Positions 41,886-52,604 of a stretch of DNA of 64,000 nucleotides are shown here, in pieces. Each line of letters opens with the position of its first letter. The first letter of the stretch is position 1. Source of the stretch: an uncultured archaeon. Lineage in GTDB: Archaea > Thermoplasmatota > Thermoplasmata > Thermoplasmatales > Thermoplasmataceae. The notes under the pieces were generated by a model. That model had not been told where the DNA came from and searched no databases. It worked only from the letters and a program-made list of their open reading frames with translations. The stretch covers positions 2,144,001 through 2,208,000 of the forward strand of contig CP009479.1 in assembly GCA_000965745.1 (NCBI GenBank), written 5' to 3'. The translations under genes were made by a program, and so were the position numbers.

Positions 41886-42038
41886 TATAACGTAAGCCCG
41901 GGATGGTTAAAATAAGTTGCCGGAAGCCGGTGCTGATTCCGGCCAGACTCACGGGAGGTGTTATATGGCAAACTTTAACTGGTCATGGGGTGAGAGCCTA
42001 AATTATTAAAGCTCGATTCCATTTTCATCTGGATCAAA

Positions 42039-42494
42039 ATGGAATGTGAAATGTGTGGCAGGAAGACCACAAAGACCAACAGAGTCAGAATAGACCACGC
42101 AATTCTGAACGTGTGCGACACCTGCGCAAAGTTCGGTGAACCAGTCAACCCAATTCATGGATACGACAAGGTCCGTTACAATAAACCAGATGAGATTACT
42201 GTGACAATCCCTGAAAAGAAACCCTCCTACGTGAGGACTGGCCCAAGGCCGACGCCAAAGCCCAAACCGAAGAGGAAGCCTAACGTTGAGGAACTGGACA
42301 TAGTTCCTGAATATGCCGAACTGATTAAAGAGGCAAGGTCAAGGCATTCAATGACACAGGAGGATCTCGCAAAAAAGATTCTGGAGAGGAAGCACGTCCT
42401 CTCTAACATCGAGAGAGGTGAATTACTTCCGGACATAAAAACAGCCAGAAAGCTTGAAAAAGCCCTCGGCATAAAACTTGTTGAGAGCGCGTGA
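42039..42494 (+). CDS. mbf1: Archaeal multiprotein bridging factor aMBF1
   Basis: CEMCG..VCDTC zinc ribbon plus C-terminal HTH. Confidence 0.92.
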   Translation: MECEMCGRKTTKTNRVRIDHAILNVCDTCAKFGEPVNPIHGYDKVRYNKPDEITVTIPEKKPSYVRTGPRPTPKPKPKRKPNVEELDIVPEYAELIKEARSRHSMTQEDLAKKILERKHVLSNIERGELLPDIKTARKLEKALGIKLVESA

Positions 42495-42639
42495 ATGAGT
42501 GTCACGGTGAAGTGCTGTCTGACTGCCTTACTGGTTGATAACTCTTGCGTTCCCATGTATGCTTAACGAAATCTTGACTAATTCTCAACTAAAAAAAACT
42601 TAAATAACTTGGTTTTTTTAGTTATCTCAGGTAGACAAA

Positions 42640-42927
42640 TTGAAAATCGATGTAGGACAGAGATTTGATTTCGAAGTTGATCGAGAAGATATTGAGGAGA
42701 TAGAGGAAGGATCAATAATCGCCACATGGTACCACATGGGATCCCCTATTTATGTGGAGCTTATGGTCAACAAGAGCCTCGTGAAGGAAATCCGAAAGAT
42801 TTTCAAAGACAACCTTAGAAAAACAGCTCTGGTATCAATAACAAGAGTCTCAAAATCGAGATACGTCGTGGAGCCTACGGTCGTGCTTGTTAACAAACAG
42901 GGCAATGGCATAACAACAGTAAAATAA
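42640..42927 (+). CDS. Hypothetical protein
   Basis: 95-aa ORF, AGGT RBS before TTG, natural composition. Confidence 0.75.
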   Translation: MKIDVGQRFDFEVDREDIEEIEEGSIIATWYHMGSPIYVELMVNKSLVKEIRKIFKDNLRKTALVSITRVSKSRYVVEPTVVLVNKQGNGITTVK

Positions 42928-43038
42928 CCCCGATAGGAACCTATTTTTACATCATTTTAGGTCACGCCCTCACGTTTTATCGAACATCGAATAAGAAAAT
43001 GTTAAATACATGAATTTAGTACATTCATGTGGTCACCA

Positions 43039-43179
43039 ATGGCACGGAAGAAAGTCTTTGATTATGACCTTGATGACACAGCCAGTTTTGAAGAGCTCGA
43101 AAGAGATATTTTTGGAGAAGGTGATTTAGGTAAAAAAAGGAATTCAGGGGACAATTCTCGTCCTGTCTCTCGGAAATAA
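43039..43179 (+). CDS. Candidate 46-aa small protein
   Basis: MARKKVFDYDLDDTASFEELERDIFGEGDLG...; TTAAATA upstream; below the ORF-track cutoff. Confidence 0.4.
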   Translation: MARKKVFDYDLDDTASFEELERDIFGEGDLGKKRNSGDNSRPVSRK

Positions 43180-44442
43180 TGTTGCCTCGCGTATATTGGG
43201 CAGGCCGCACAGGATCATCACGAGCCTTTCCAGGCCGATTGCCCACCCCGCGTGAGGGGGCATCCCGTATTTAAATGCTTTAATGTAGAAATCAAATTCG
43301 CTTGGATTAAGGCCTTTATCCAAGAATCTTTTTTCTAATATTTCCGGATTGTGGACCCTCTGTGCTCCAGAGGTAATCTCGAGTTCATTAAACTGCAGGT
43401 CAAATGAATTTGTCAATGCCGGATCTTCAGGTTTGGGCATTGTGTAAAAGGGCCTCATTGAGGACGGCCAGTCGATTATGAAGTAGAAGCCATTGAACTT
43501 GTTCCCGATAACCTTAAGCTGTTCCGGTGAGAAATCATCGCCGAACTCAAGGTTCATTCCAGCGTCGTTGATCAACTTCCTGCATTCTTCGTATGTGATC
43601 CTGGGAAAGGGAGTTTTCACCCTGTCAACATGGATTCCGTGCTTCTCCATCTGATCAGAGTGTCTGGACAGCATTTCATCCACACCGTGCTTAATCGCAT
43701 TTTCAAGGAATGCCATTGCGTCGTTGTGGTCAGCGAAACTTACTTCTATGTCTATTGACGTGAATTCATTCAGGTGCCTGGTCGTGTTATGCTGCTCAGC
43801 CCTGAAGGCAGGTCCAACCTCGAATACGCGGTCCAGGCCGCATGACATAAGGATCTCCTTGTATAGCTGGGGTGACTGGTTAAGGTAAGCTTCCTTCTCG
43901 AAGTACTTCACGCTGAAAAGGTCTGCACCACCCTCTGTTGCTGCAGCCACTATCTTTGGCGTGTGGACTTCAATGAATTCCTGGCTGTTGAAAAATTTGC
44001 GTATCCCCCACAGCATTGTGCTCTCTATCTGGAAAATCAGTGCTTTCTCCGGTTTTCTGATATCAATGAACCTGTTGTTGAGCCTTGTATCGAAATCCGC
44101 TTCAACCGGATCATCAACGCCCAGAGGAAGCGGTGCCAGGGATTCATTAAGAATTTCTATTTTCTCAGCGACTATATCAACGCCGAGTTTTGAGGCTGAC
44201 TTCCTGTCCCATTTTCCCTTTACTGCTATGACGGATTCCCTGTTTAGGCCAACGATTTTCTCTTCATTGTCGAGTGTGCCTTTCCTTATTGTCACCTGGG
44301 CCATGCCCGACGTATCCCTGACTGTCAGGAATATAACATTCTTGAGTGATCTTGTGTCCTGTATCCAGACGGCAATGTTCACTTCCCCTTCAATGTCGTT
44401 GGCAATTATGTCGCTGATAAGGCTCCTCTGCATGGGTTCCAA
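43144..44442 (-). CDS. aspS: Aspartate--tRNA ligase (archaeal type)
   Basis: OB fold, YLNQSPQLYK, FRAE, ITSGAQR, GMPPHAGW..GLER. Confidence 0.96.
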   Translation of the reverse strand: MEPMQRSLISDIIANDIEGEVNIAVWIQDTRSLKNVIFLTVRDTSGMAQVTIRKGTLDNEEKIVGLNRESVIAVKGKWDRKSASKLGVDIVAEKIEILNESLAPLPLGVDDPVEADFDTRLNNRFIDIRKPEKALIFQIESTMLWGIRKFFNSQEFIEVHTPKIVAAATEGGADLFSVKYFEKEAYLNQSPQLYKEILMSCGLDRVFEVGPAFRAEQHNTTRHLNEFTSIDIEVSFADHNDAMAFLENAIKHGVDEMLSRHSDQMEKHGIHVDRVKTPFPRITYEECRKLINDAGMNLEFGDDFSPEQLKVIGNKFNGFYFIIDWPSSMRPFYTMPKPEDPALTNSFDLQFNELEITSGAQRVHNPEILEKRFLDKGLNPSEFDFYIKAFKYGMPPHAGWAIGLERLVMILCGLPNIREATLFPRDRTRIVP

Positions 44443-44529
44443 AGCTCATCCATCTTAATAAAAATACTCAGTAGCCCGCGAAAAAGAAATTAGTGTAAAA
44501 CTTAATAATATTGTTTATAATTAATAAAT

Positions 44530-45801
44530 GTGCCACGAAGGTTTGCGCTTTTGATTATTCTCGGGCTGATTTCAATTCTGCTCATTTCCGCTTTTCCGGC
44601 TCACGCACAGCAGAAGAGCGTAGTAGTGATACATCTCAACCAGGAGATTGACCCGGGGTCAGCAAACCTTATCGTTCAGACGCTGAATTCGGTGAGCAAG
44701 CAGGACACCCAGGCAGTTGTCATTGAAATGAACACACCCGGAGGGTTGCTTAGCAGCATGCTGCAGATGATAAACGCAATAAACCAGACAGAGGCTGCGG
44801 GGATTCCGGTGTACACATACATACCGACTGATGCGATGGGCGCATCGGCTGGGTCCTATGTCGCGATGTCCACCGACGTGATTGGCATGGGCAACGGTTC
44901 ATACATCGGCCCTTCAACGCCGATTGTTGTTGGAGGCAGTTCACTTCAGCAGAACCACACAGAAGCTGCAATGCAGGCACTCATGGTTAGCATGGCTGCC
45001 TCACATAACCGGAATACGACCGCAGCAGCCCTCATGGTCTCCAACAATGTTGCATATGATGCCAGAACTGCTGTGAACATCCATATAGCAGACAGGCTTT
45101 CAGACAACCTTTCCTCGTTCCTTGCCTCGGAGAATTTGTCATCGTACCACATAGGGAATGCATACCCTTCAGTTTATGACAGCTTCATCAGCTTCCTGAG
45201 CAATCCCTTTGTTGACGGCATATTCATACTCCTTGGGGCAATAGCCATAATGGCGGATTTCTACCATGGTTCAGTGGTGCTGTCAGTTGCGGGCATCGTT
45301 CTGATCGCCCTTGGATTTCTTGGGGCTGAAGTCATAAGCGCTTCAATAGTCGGGCTCGTACTGCTCATAGTTGGGGCAGCGCTGATACTGATTGAGATAA
45401 AAACAGGACACGGTGCGGCACTCATCTCAGGAGTGGTTGTGGGAATGATTGGAACCTTCCTCCTTGCAGCCCCGTATTCCTCAACAAATCCCGGGTATTC
45501 ACCTTCACCGTACGGCACGGGAGATTACGTTGCCGCCATAGCAATAATTATATTAGCCGTGATACTAGGATTGCTGTTCAAGCATCTGGTGGGTTCCTTG
45601 AAAAGAAAACGTTATACCGGGGCTGAGAGCCTCATAGATAAGACTGCAACAGTCAAGAAAGAGCTGTCCCCAACAGGTTGGATTTCAATTGAGGGTGTCA
45701 TGTGGAAAGCCGTAAGCACAGACGGTTCCACCATCCAGGAAGGAGATACCGTTGTGGTAACGGGGATCGATGGGCTCACCCTGAAAGTCAGGCGCGAGTG
45801 A
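44530..45801 (+). CDS. NfeD-family membrane serine protease (long form)
   Basis: Signal peptide, NTPGG, ASAG, TM bundle, C-terminal OB fold. Confidence 0.9.
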   Translation: MPRRFALLIILGLISILLISAFPAHAQQKSVVVIHLNQEIDPGSANLIVQTLNSVSKQDTQAVVIEMNTPGGLLSSMLQMINAINQTEAAGIPVYTYIPTDAMGASAGSYVAMSTDVIGMGNGSYIGPSTPIVVGGSSLQQNHTEAAMQALMVSMAASHNRNTTAAALMVSNNVAYDARTAVNIHIADRLSDNLSSFLASENLSSYHIGNAYPSVYDSFISFLSNPFVDGIFILLGAIAIMADFYHGSVVLSVAGIVLIALGFLGAEVISASIVGLVLLIVGAALILIEIKTGHGAALISGVVVGMIGTFLLAAPYSSTNPGYSPSPYGTGDYVAAIAIIILAVILGLLFKHLVGSLKRKRYTGAESLIDKTATVKKELSPTGWISIEGVMWKAVSTDGSTIQEGDTVVVTGIDGLTLKVRRE

Positions 45802-45851
45802 GAGGCTCCTCCTCCGGCTCATATTTATATGGTAGCAGAAAATTAACTTCG

Positions 45852-46817
45852 ATGACTCGGTTTATCCTCGGCTTCGACGTGGGCGGGACAAAGATATCGG
45901 CTGTCGTCGGGGATGAAGACGGACACATATTTTCACGTGTGAGAAAGCCGACAATCAGGCATCTCGGCAAGAAACGGCTGACACAGCAGCTTGAATCCAT
46001 GGGGAAAGAAGCGCTCCTGAAGGCTGAAGTCGAAAAACCGGACCTTGTGGGCATTATTTTTGCAGGGCTGGTTGACTCCGAAAAGGGAGCAGTGATATCA
46101 TCGCCGAACATTCTTGGGCTTAACAATTTTGCAATAGTGGAGCCAATGGAGGAGTTTTTTGATGCTCCTGCAACACTTGAAAACGACGCCACGGCAGCAA
46201 CGATTGCCGAAAGCCTCTTCGGATCAGGGAGAGGGATCGAGAATTTCGTTTACCTTACCCTCAGCACGGGGATAGGGGGCGGCGCCTTCATCAACGGGAA
46301 GCTTTACAAGGGGAGCCATGGGCTCGCCGGAGAGATGGGGCACATGGTCATAATGTCGAACGGGCCTACCTGCGGATGTGGAAGGAAAGGCTGCCTTGAA
46401 GCCATAGCAGGGGGCAAAGGAATAGCAAGGCGTGTGTCTGAGAATGTGAGTGCGGTGAGGGATTCTGAGACACTTTCGTCTCTGCGGCCTTACGAGATCG
46501 ATGCCTCGAAAGTCTTCCAGGCAAGGAGAAAAGGCGATATGTTTGCCCAGCTGATGATTGAGGAAACCATCTATTACCTTGCCGTGGGGATAGTCAACAT
46601 AATTTCAATACTGGACCCCGAAGTTGTGATAATTGGAGGGGGGATATCGAGAGCAGGAAAGGAGCTTTTCAGCCCGCTCAATGCTGCAATCAAGGAGGAG
46701 TTCAAGAGCATGAGGAGGCCGGTTAAAATTCTAAGGGGGCTCCAGGACGGCTCTGATCTGGCAGCAATTTCCGTGCCCCTCTACAAGGAGAAAGTAAGCG
46801 GGAATCCTGCAAGATAG
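45852..46817 (+). CDS. ROK family sugar kinase
   Basis: DVGGT, ENDA, TGIGGG, GEMGH, CGCGRKGCLE. Confidence 0.93.
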   Translation: MTRFILGFDVGGTKISAVVGDEDGHIFSRVRKPTIRHLGKKRLTQQLESMGKEALLKAEVEKPDLVGIIFAGLVDSEKGAVISSPNILGLNNFAIVEPMEEFFDAPATLENDATAATIAESLFGSGRGIENFVYLTLSTGIGGGAFINGKLYKGSHGLAGEMGHMVIMSNGPTCGCGRKGCLEAIAGGKGIARRVSENVSAVRDSETLSSLRPYEIDASKVFQARRKGDMFAQLMIEETIYYLAVGIVNIISILDPEVVIIGGGISRAGKELFSPLNAAIKEEFKSMRRPVKILRGLQDGSDLAAISVPLYKEKVSGNPAR

Positions 46818-46849
46818 AGAAGGTTCCTGAAGCGAGCTGGTTTCCCTTG

Positions 46850-48610
46850 TCATGAAGCGAGAACATTCTGTGTTTCATACAGCTTGAAGAAAAGCCCCCT
46901 GTGGGAAATAAGCTCGTTGAATTCGCCCTCCTCTGCTATCTTGCCATGGTCAAGCACCACTATCTTGTCCGCAAAGGAGATTGTAGAGAGCCGGTGTGCA
47001 ATTATTATGACGGTCCTGTTCTTCAGGAACCGTGCAAGCGCATCCTGTATTTTCCTTTCGGTGTAAAGGTCAAGCTGTGATGTGGCTTCATCCATTATTA
47101 TCAGTTTAGGGTCGCGTATTATTGCCCTGACTATTGAGATTGCCTGTTTCTGGCCTTCGGACAGCCCGTTCCCCCTCTCTCCAATCTCGGTGTCAAGGCC
47201 GTCGGGAAGATTGCTGAATATGTCGTCAAGCCCAAATCCCGTGAATATTTCCTTGATATGGTCATCCGTGCTTCCGGGGTTTGAGTACCTTACATTCCCG
47301 AGGATAGTGTCTTTGAAAAGCAGCGGCTCCTGAAGCACGACTGAAGTGATGTCCCTGTACTTTGCAGTCCTGATGTCCTCAAGATCAACACCGTCAAGGG
47401 ATATCCTTCCTGCCGAAGGGTGGAAGAACTTCAGTATCAGGTTTGCCAGAGTGGTTTTTCCCGCGCCGGTGTGGCCGACTACTGCGACTTTTTCACCCGC
47501 TCCTATAGAGAATGTCACGTTCTTCAGTGCATAGCTGTTCCCGAATTTCATGGAAACGTTATCGAAGGTGATTCCCTGGGCAATGCCTTCGGGTTCATGG
47601 GTGCCCTCGTCCCTTTCCTCCTCGTAGTCGATTATCTGGTACAGCCTTCCGAGGCCTATTGTAGCAGACTGGTATGAGTTGTAGAACTGTGAAAGCTGTA
47701 TTACGGGGTCGAAGAAACCCTGAACATAGGAGAGGAAAGAGACAAGAAGGCCGATCGTGATAACCCCCGAAATTGCCTGCCCTGCACCTATGTAAATTAC
47801 AAGTGCAATGCCCGATGCTTCGATTATCCGCACTATGCTTCCAAACATTGATGCCAGCTTCGAGGCTGAAAGGTTTGCATGCAGGTTAGCATCATTGAGG
47901 CCGGAGAACCTGCCTGTCATCCTTCCCTCCGTCGCAAACCCTTTTATAGCCCGTATTCCGCCAATGTCCTCCGCGACCGTTCCCGTCAGGCTTGCAATTG
48001 CCCTTCTGGTGTTGAGGTACCTCTGCCTGACCTTTCCCTGGATTGAGAATGAGAATATGAACAAAACGGGGATAACTGCTATTGCATACAGTGTGAGCGA
48101 CGGATCGAGTATCCCCATGATGGCTATGGATGCAACGACTGTTGTTATGCCGGACACGACCTGCGAGACCTGAAATGTGAGGAAATCGCTCAGTGCTTCC
48201 GCATCGTTTGTGAGCCTGCTTATGATCCTTCCAGTCTTTATCTCCGTGAAGAATGAGATCGGTACGGACTGGAGTTTACGGAATGCATTGTCCCTCAGTT
48301 CCTTGATGTACCATTGTGCAAGCACCATGACATCGCGCATCTGTATTTTCCTTGCTACATAATTGATGATGTAGAGAACGGCATAAATAAGGGCAAACAA
48401 GAGAAGCATTTCCGGGATTCCCGATGTGATTGCATTAACAGCCAGCCCCAGGACCAACGGTGCGGTCATGCCGACGGCGCTTATTGCCAGAACTGAAGCA
48501 ATTACCTTTGCAGATTCCCGCCTGTTTTTCAGCAGATCGGATAGCATCCGCTTCATCAGAGACATTGAGCCGTATTTTTCCCGTGCATCGTTAAGGTCCC
48601 ATTCAGTCAT
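46850..48610 (-). CDS. ABC exporter, fused permease/ATPase
   Basis: GHTGAGKT, LSEGQKQ, DEATS, IAHR. Confidence 0.92.
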   Translation of the reverse strand: MTEWDLNDAREKYGSMSLMKRMLSDLLKNRRESAKVIASVLAISAVGMTAPLVLGLAVNAITSGIPEMLLLFALIYAVLYIINYVARKIQMRDVMVLAQWYIKELRDNAFRKLQSVPISFFTEIKTGRIISRLTNDAEALSDFLTFQVSQVVSGITTVVASIAIMGILDPSLTLYAIAVIPVLFIFSFSIQGKVRQRYLNTRRAIASLTGTVAEDIGGIRAIKGFATEGRMTGRFSGLNDANLHANLSASKLASMFGSIVRIIEASGIALVIYIGAGQAISGVITIGLLVSFLSYVQGFFDPVIQLSQFYNSYQSATIGLGRLYQIIDYEEERDEGTHEPEGIAQGITFDNVSMKFGNSYALKNVTFSIGAGEKVAVVGHTGAGKTTLANLILKFFHPSAGRISLDGVDLEDIRTAKYRDITSVVLQEPLLFKDTILGNVRYSNPGSTDDHIKEIFTGFGLDDIFSNLPDGLDTEIGERGNGLSEGQKQAISIVRAIIRDPKLIIMDEATSQLDLYTERKIQDALARFLKNRTVIIIAHRLSTISFADKIVVLDHGKIAEEGEFNELISHRGLFFKLYETQNVLAS

Positions 48611-50351
48611 TGACTGCGGTCGCCCCCAGAAACATTTTTGAAAATGCGCCTTCACTCCCGGAAAGCTCATACAATGGCCCGGATTGAATGAGCTCGCCCC
48701 CTTCAATGACGAATATCCTGTCAGCAAGCTTCATGGTGGAAAGCCTGTGGGAAATAGTTATGGTTGTAAGCCCATCTACTGCGTCCTTGAGCGACTCTAT
48801 GATGTTTGATTCGGTTTCGGCATCGAGAGATGATGTTGCGTCGTCCAGAATCAGTACCCTTGGCCTGGAGGCTATTGCCCTCGCTATGGCCACCCTCTGC
48901 CTCTGGCCTCCGGAGAGGGTTATCCCCCTTTCGCCGACTTTCGTATCAAGACCGTATTCCTGGTCTTCGACAAAATCGTAAATTGAAGCAGTTTTCAGGG
49001 CACTCACCACATCATCGTCCGTTATTTCAGGATCACCTAGTGTGACATTCTCCCTTATTGACCCTGAAAATATCACAACATCCTGTGGCACAAGGGCAAC
49101 AAACTTCCGAAGGTAAGAGAGGTCGATCGTGGAAGTATCCGCACCTCCAACATACACCCTGCCTTCTGTCGGAAGATAGAACCTGGGAATCATGTCCACG
49201 AGGGACGACTTTCCGGATCCCGTTCTTCCAACAATTCCAACGGTCTCGCCTTCCCTTATCTCCATGGAGATGTTCCTGATCACCTGCTGCCTGCCTCTGA
49301 CCAGTGAAACGTTATGGTATGATATGCTGTTTTTTTCAGGCTTCTCATTGGAACTTCCGGTTGAGGCATAATCAGCCCTTGAGTCGTTTTCAACTCCTCC
49401 GATTCGCTCCACGCCTGATCTGGCGTTCTCAATAAAAGCCCCAATTCTTCCCAGAAAAGTGACAGGAAACAGCAGCATGGAGTATATGTTTATTGACGCC
49501 ACGAGATTTCCTATGTTCCAGGACGAGTTTATAACCTGGATTCCCGCCTCATAGATTATGAAAGCAGCGCCCAGGCTCACTATGAGGGAAAGAAGTGGGG
49601 TGTAGAAACCCCTGATGGAGGATATGCTCTCATAGTCTGAAAAGTACTTTCCAGTGATTCCAGTAAATTTGCTGTTCTCCCTTTTTTCAGCGTTAAAGCT
49701 CCTTATCACCCTGTGGGCAGTGAGATTCTCCTGAAGATGGTCTCCCATGAAACCGTATCTTTTCCTCAATGACCTCCAGAATGGTCTCTGGAGCTTCTGC
49801 TGATATGCGCTCACTAAGAGAAGGGTCGGTATGAGTGCAACGAATACCAGGAAGTAGTAAAAGCCAAGGCTGAAGAGTATTGCTCCGGCAACAACTATCA
49901 TGAATATCGTTGTAAGGAACTGCGACAATCCAACCGATACCAGCCTTCTTACGGCTTCAACGTCCATGGTCATCCTGGAAAGTAGATCTCCGGACCCGCT
50001 TGAGTCAAAGAATGTGAAGTTCTTGTTGAGCATTGATCTGTAAAGGTCGCTCCTGGCTTCCCTGGCAAGTGTGTGCGACAGGTACATTGAGCCATAGCTC
50101 ACTGCATACTGGACTACCGCTGCTACAGCAGATATTATAACGATAATAACAGAAATGTTCACAACACCGGCAACATTTCCACTTACCACCCGGTTAACCG
50201 AATCCCCTATGAGCACCGGTATCAGGATCCTGAACAGAATGGATAAGGACGAGAGCGGGATCACCAGCCACAGTGCTCTCTTGTGATTCCTGAGATAAGT
50301 CCACAGGAAAGAGAAAACAGGCTCAGTTCTACCAAAAACCCCACTTGCCAT
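48603..50351 (-). CDS. ABC exporter, fused permease/ATPase (heterodimer partner, degenerate Walker B)
   Basis: GRTGSGKS, LSGGQRQ, LDDATS; overlaps its partner gene. Confidence 0.92.
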   Translation of the reverse strand: MASGVFGRTEPVFSFLWTYLRNHKRALWLVIPLSSLSILFRILIPVLIGDSVNRVVSGNVAGVVNISVIIVIISAVAAVVQYAVSYGSMYLSHTLAREARSDLYRSMLNKNFTFFDSSGSGDLLSRMTMDVEAVRRLVSVGLSQFLTTIFMIVVAGAILFSLGFYYFLVFVALIPTLLLVSAYQQKLQRPFWRSLRKRYGFMGDHLQENLTAHRVIRSFNAEKRENSKFTGITGKYFSDYESISSIRGFYTPLLSLIVSLGAAFIIYEAGIQVINSSWNIGNLVASINIYSMLLFPVTFLGRIGAFIENARSGVERIGGVENDSRADYASTGSSNEKPEKNSISYHNVSLVRGRQQVIRNISMEIREGETVGIVGRTGSGKSSLVDMIPRFYLPTEGRVYVGGADTSTIDLSYLRKFVALVPQDVVIFSGSIRENVTLGDPEITDDDVVSALKTASIYDFVEDQEYGLDTKVGERGITLSGGQRQRVAIARAIASRPRVLILDDATSSLDAETESNIIESLKDAVDGLTTITISHRLSTMKLADRIFVIEGGELIQSGPLYELSGSEGAFSKMFLGATAVND

Positions 50352-50809
50352 GCAATGAATCCTTATCAAAACAAGTATATAGGGATTGTTGACGATAAAA
50401 ATATACAAACCTTGCCCGCTTGAGCATATATGTTGAAATCGTTGGAAATTAAATATCCCTCATGCTGCCATATAAAATAAACAGGGTTGGTCAGGAAGCG
50501 TCTGCCATCGTTTATTTCCTTATAGCGTGTGGAGAGAACTGGTTTTTGCAGAATTTATCGTATCGAGTACTTCGTCCTTTCCGGAAGAGCCCTCATTGCT
50601 TTGAGGACATCCCTATTCATTGTATGGAAATGCAGGTGGTGGATTTATTCCACCTCCATGAATAAGATACATTGTGCGCCTATTCAACCTGCTGTTCTTT
50701 TCAATATAATTCGAGTGCCTGAAAGGATAAGGCCGCTGTTATTTCAATAGAGCAGCGACTTACATTGAGGGATTAAATGTTATACCCTCCTTCAAATTTG
50801 TATATTGGA

Positions 50810-51391
50810 ATGCAGGACTGGAAAATCGAGTACTTCGACAGGAACTACGAGGATTATGATCAGTGGTATGACGAACACCCAAAGGAGTTCAGTGACCAGG
50901 TTGAGTTCATATCATCCATTCTCCCTCACGGAAGGGGCGTCGAGATCGGAGTTGGGACAGGAAGGTTCGCCTCAAAGCTGGGGGTTGAGGTAGGAATTGA
51001 CCTGTCTGAAAACATGGTAAAACTTGCCTCCGAAAGAGGAGTTCATGCAATTCTGGCAAACGCTGAGCATCTCCCCTTTGATGACAATGAGTTTGATTAT
51101 TCGCTCAATATGGTGACCATATGCTTTCTGTCGAATCCACTGAAGACACTGATAGAGGCAAAGAGAGTTTCAAGAATCGTTGTAACTGTGATACTTGACC
51201 GGGACTCGGAATATATTTCCAATATAATGAAAGAAAGGAGGGGTTTTTACAAGTTCGCAAAATTCTACACGAGAGACGAGCTTGTTGAACTGTACAAATC
51301 GGCCGGGATTTCCGTTATAAAGGTAAAGGAAAAAGTTCTAAGAACCATGGATGACATTGAGTACAAGCTAGTTGCAGTCACCGGCCAATAA
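50810..51391 (+). CDS. Class I SAM-dependent methyltransferase
   Basis: YDQWY, EIGVGTGRF, AEHLPF. Confidence 0.88.
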   Translation: MQDWKIEYFDRNYEDYDQWYDEHPKEFSDQVEFISSILPHGRGVEIGVGTGRFASKLGVEVGIDLSENMVKLASERGVHAILANAEHLPFDDNEFDYSLNMVTICFLSNPLKTLIEAKRVSRIVVTVILDRDSEYISNIMKERRGFYKFAKFYTRDELVELYKSAGISVIKVKEKVLRTMDDIEYKLVAVTGQ

Positions 51392-51405
51392 GCACAAAGT
51401 CCATT

Positions 51406-52350
51406 CTATTCGGTAAATTTCCGCATATAGAATTTAATGCCGTTGTACTCGACTTCGCTGATCAGCCCCTCTGAGATCATCCTTTCGATCAGCTCCCAGC
51501 TTTCACCGGACCTTTGCAGCAAATCCTCGACCCCTTCCCTCCTTATCGGGTGAACAGAAGCGACACCCGTGATATCCTCAACTATATCCCCTGTGTACGT
51601 GAAGAGATTGCCTTCATAGCCTGTTATGCACTCGGTTTTTTCCACAATGCTGCTCATCACCTGATAGGCCCGGTTTAATGAGAATTCGTCGGGAGGCTCC
51701 ACCCAGCTTTCTGCCGGAGGGCGCGTAGGTACAGACAGATAAGCGGTCTGGGGCTTCAGTTCGTTAATGTATTTTCCTGTTTCCCTTATTGCCTGAACGC
51801 CATCATTCAAGCCTGAAACCAGCATGGTTTCTGTGGTAAGAGTACCCGGGAATTCTTTACTAAATTTGATCTGCCCATCCATTATTGCTTCGAGCGACAG
51901 TTGCCTGGAAGGCCTGTTTATCTTTTTCCAAACTTTCGTGTCAACGGTGTCTACCTTCAGGGAAACCCAGTCTGCGAGCATGAGGTTCTCCCTTACCTCC
52001 TTCATCCATAGCAATGATGAGTTTGTAATCACTGCAATTTTTATTCCAGTCTCTTTCAACGATTCAATTTCTGTTCCGAGATTCTTGTCGAGAGTAGGTT
52101 CCCCGTCTGGAACAAAAGTGATGTAATCAACCCTGCCGCCTGACAGTTTGGTCTTCTTGACCCTGTTCTCCACAGCCCTGCTGATTTCATGAAGATCGAA
52201 AAATTCCCGCCTCACTATATCCTCCTCCGGGGTAATGCCAAGCTGGCAGTAAACGCAGGAATAGCTGCATACCTTTGGAGGTATGTTGTTTACTCCAAGG
52301 CTCATTCCAAGCCTCCTGGAAGGGACCGGGCCGTATGCTAGTGAATTCAT
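51406..52350 (-). CDS. Radical SAM protein (COG0731-like)
   Basis: YGPVPSRRLG, CSYSCVYC, GEPTL; alternative start 52395. Confidence 0.9.
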   Translation of the reverse strand: MNSLAYGPVPSRRLGMSLGVNNIPPKVCSYSCVYCQLGITPEEDIVRREFFDLHEISRAVENRVKKTKLSGGRVDYITFVPDGEPTLDKNLGTEIESLKETGIKIAVITNSSLLWMKEVRENLMLADWVSLKVDTVDTKVWKKINRPSRQLSLEAIMDGQIKFSKEFPGTLTTETMLVSGLNDGVQAIRETGKYINELKPQTAYLSVPTRPPAESWVEPPDEFSLNRAYQVMSSIVEKTECITGYEGNLFTYTGDIVEDITGVASVHPIRREGVEDLLQRSGESWELIERMISEGLISEVEYNGIKFYMRKFTE

Positions 52351-52604
52351 GGGTACCATCTGGTGATTTCTTGGTGCATGGTTATCCAAGCTCATACCGT
52401 ATAATAATTGAGCGGGTTATCTTTGAGTCCCTAATCATTCTGGCCTTTCAACGTCGTTTCCTGCATTTTCTCGCTTGAAGATGAGATCACTGCCTGAAAT
52501 CAAATAGACAGATATTTGGATGCCAAATAGATGTCCCTTCAGGCTGCTGTCCCATGATGGCGTGGATTGCCGCCTGGGCACACTGAAAAGTATTGGTTGG
52601 TTGA

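Noticed and set aside
41886-42038. GCCGGAA..TTCCGGC hairpin next to fibrillarin as an sRNA
   Set aside because: No C box; lies in a divergent promoter region
50410-50800. Short ORFs, hairpins and a 13-bp repeat shared with the methyltransferase start
   Set aside because: No coherent gene or element could be reconstructed
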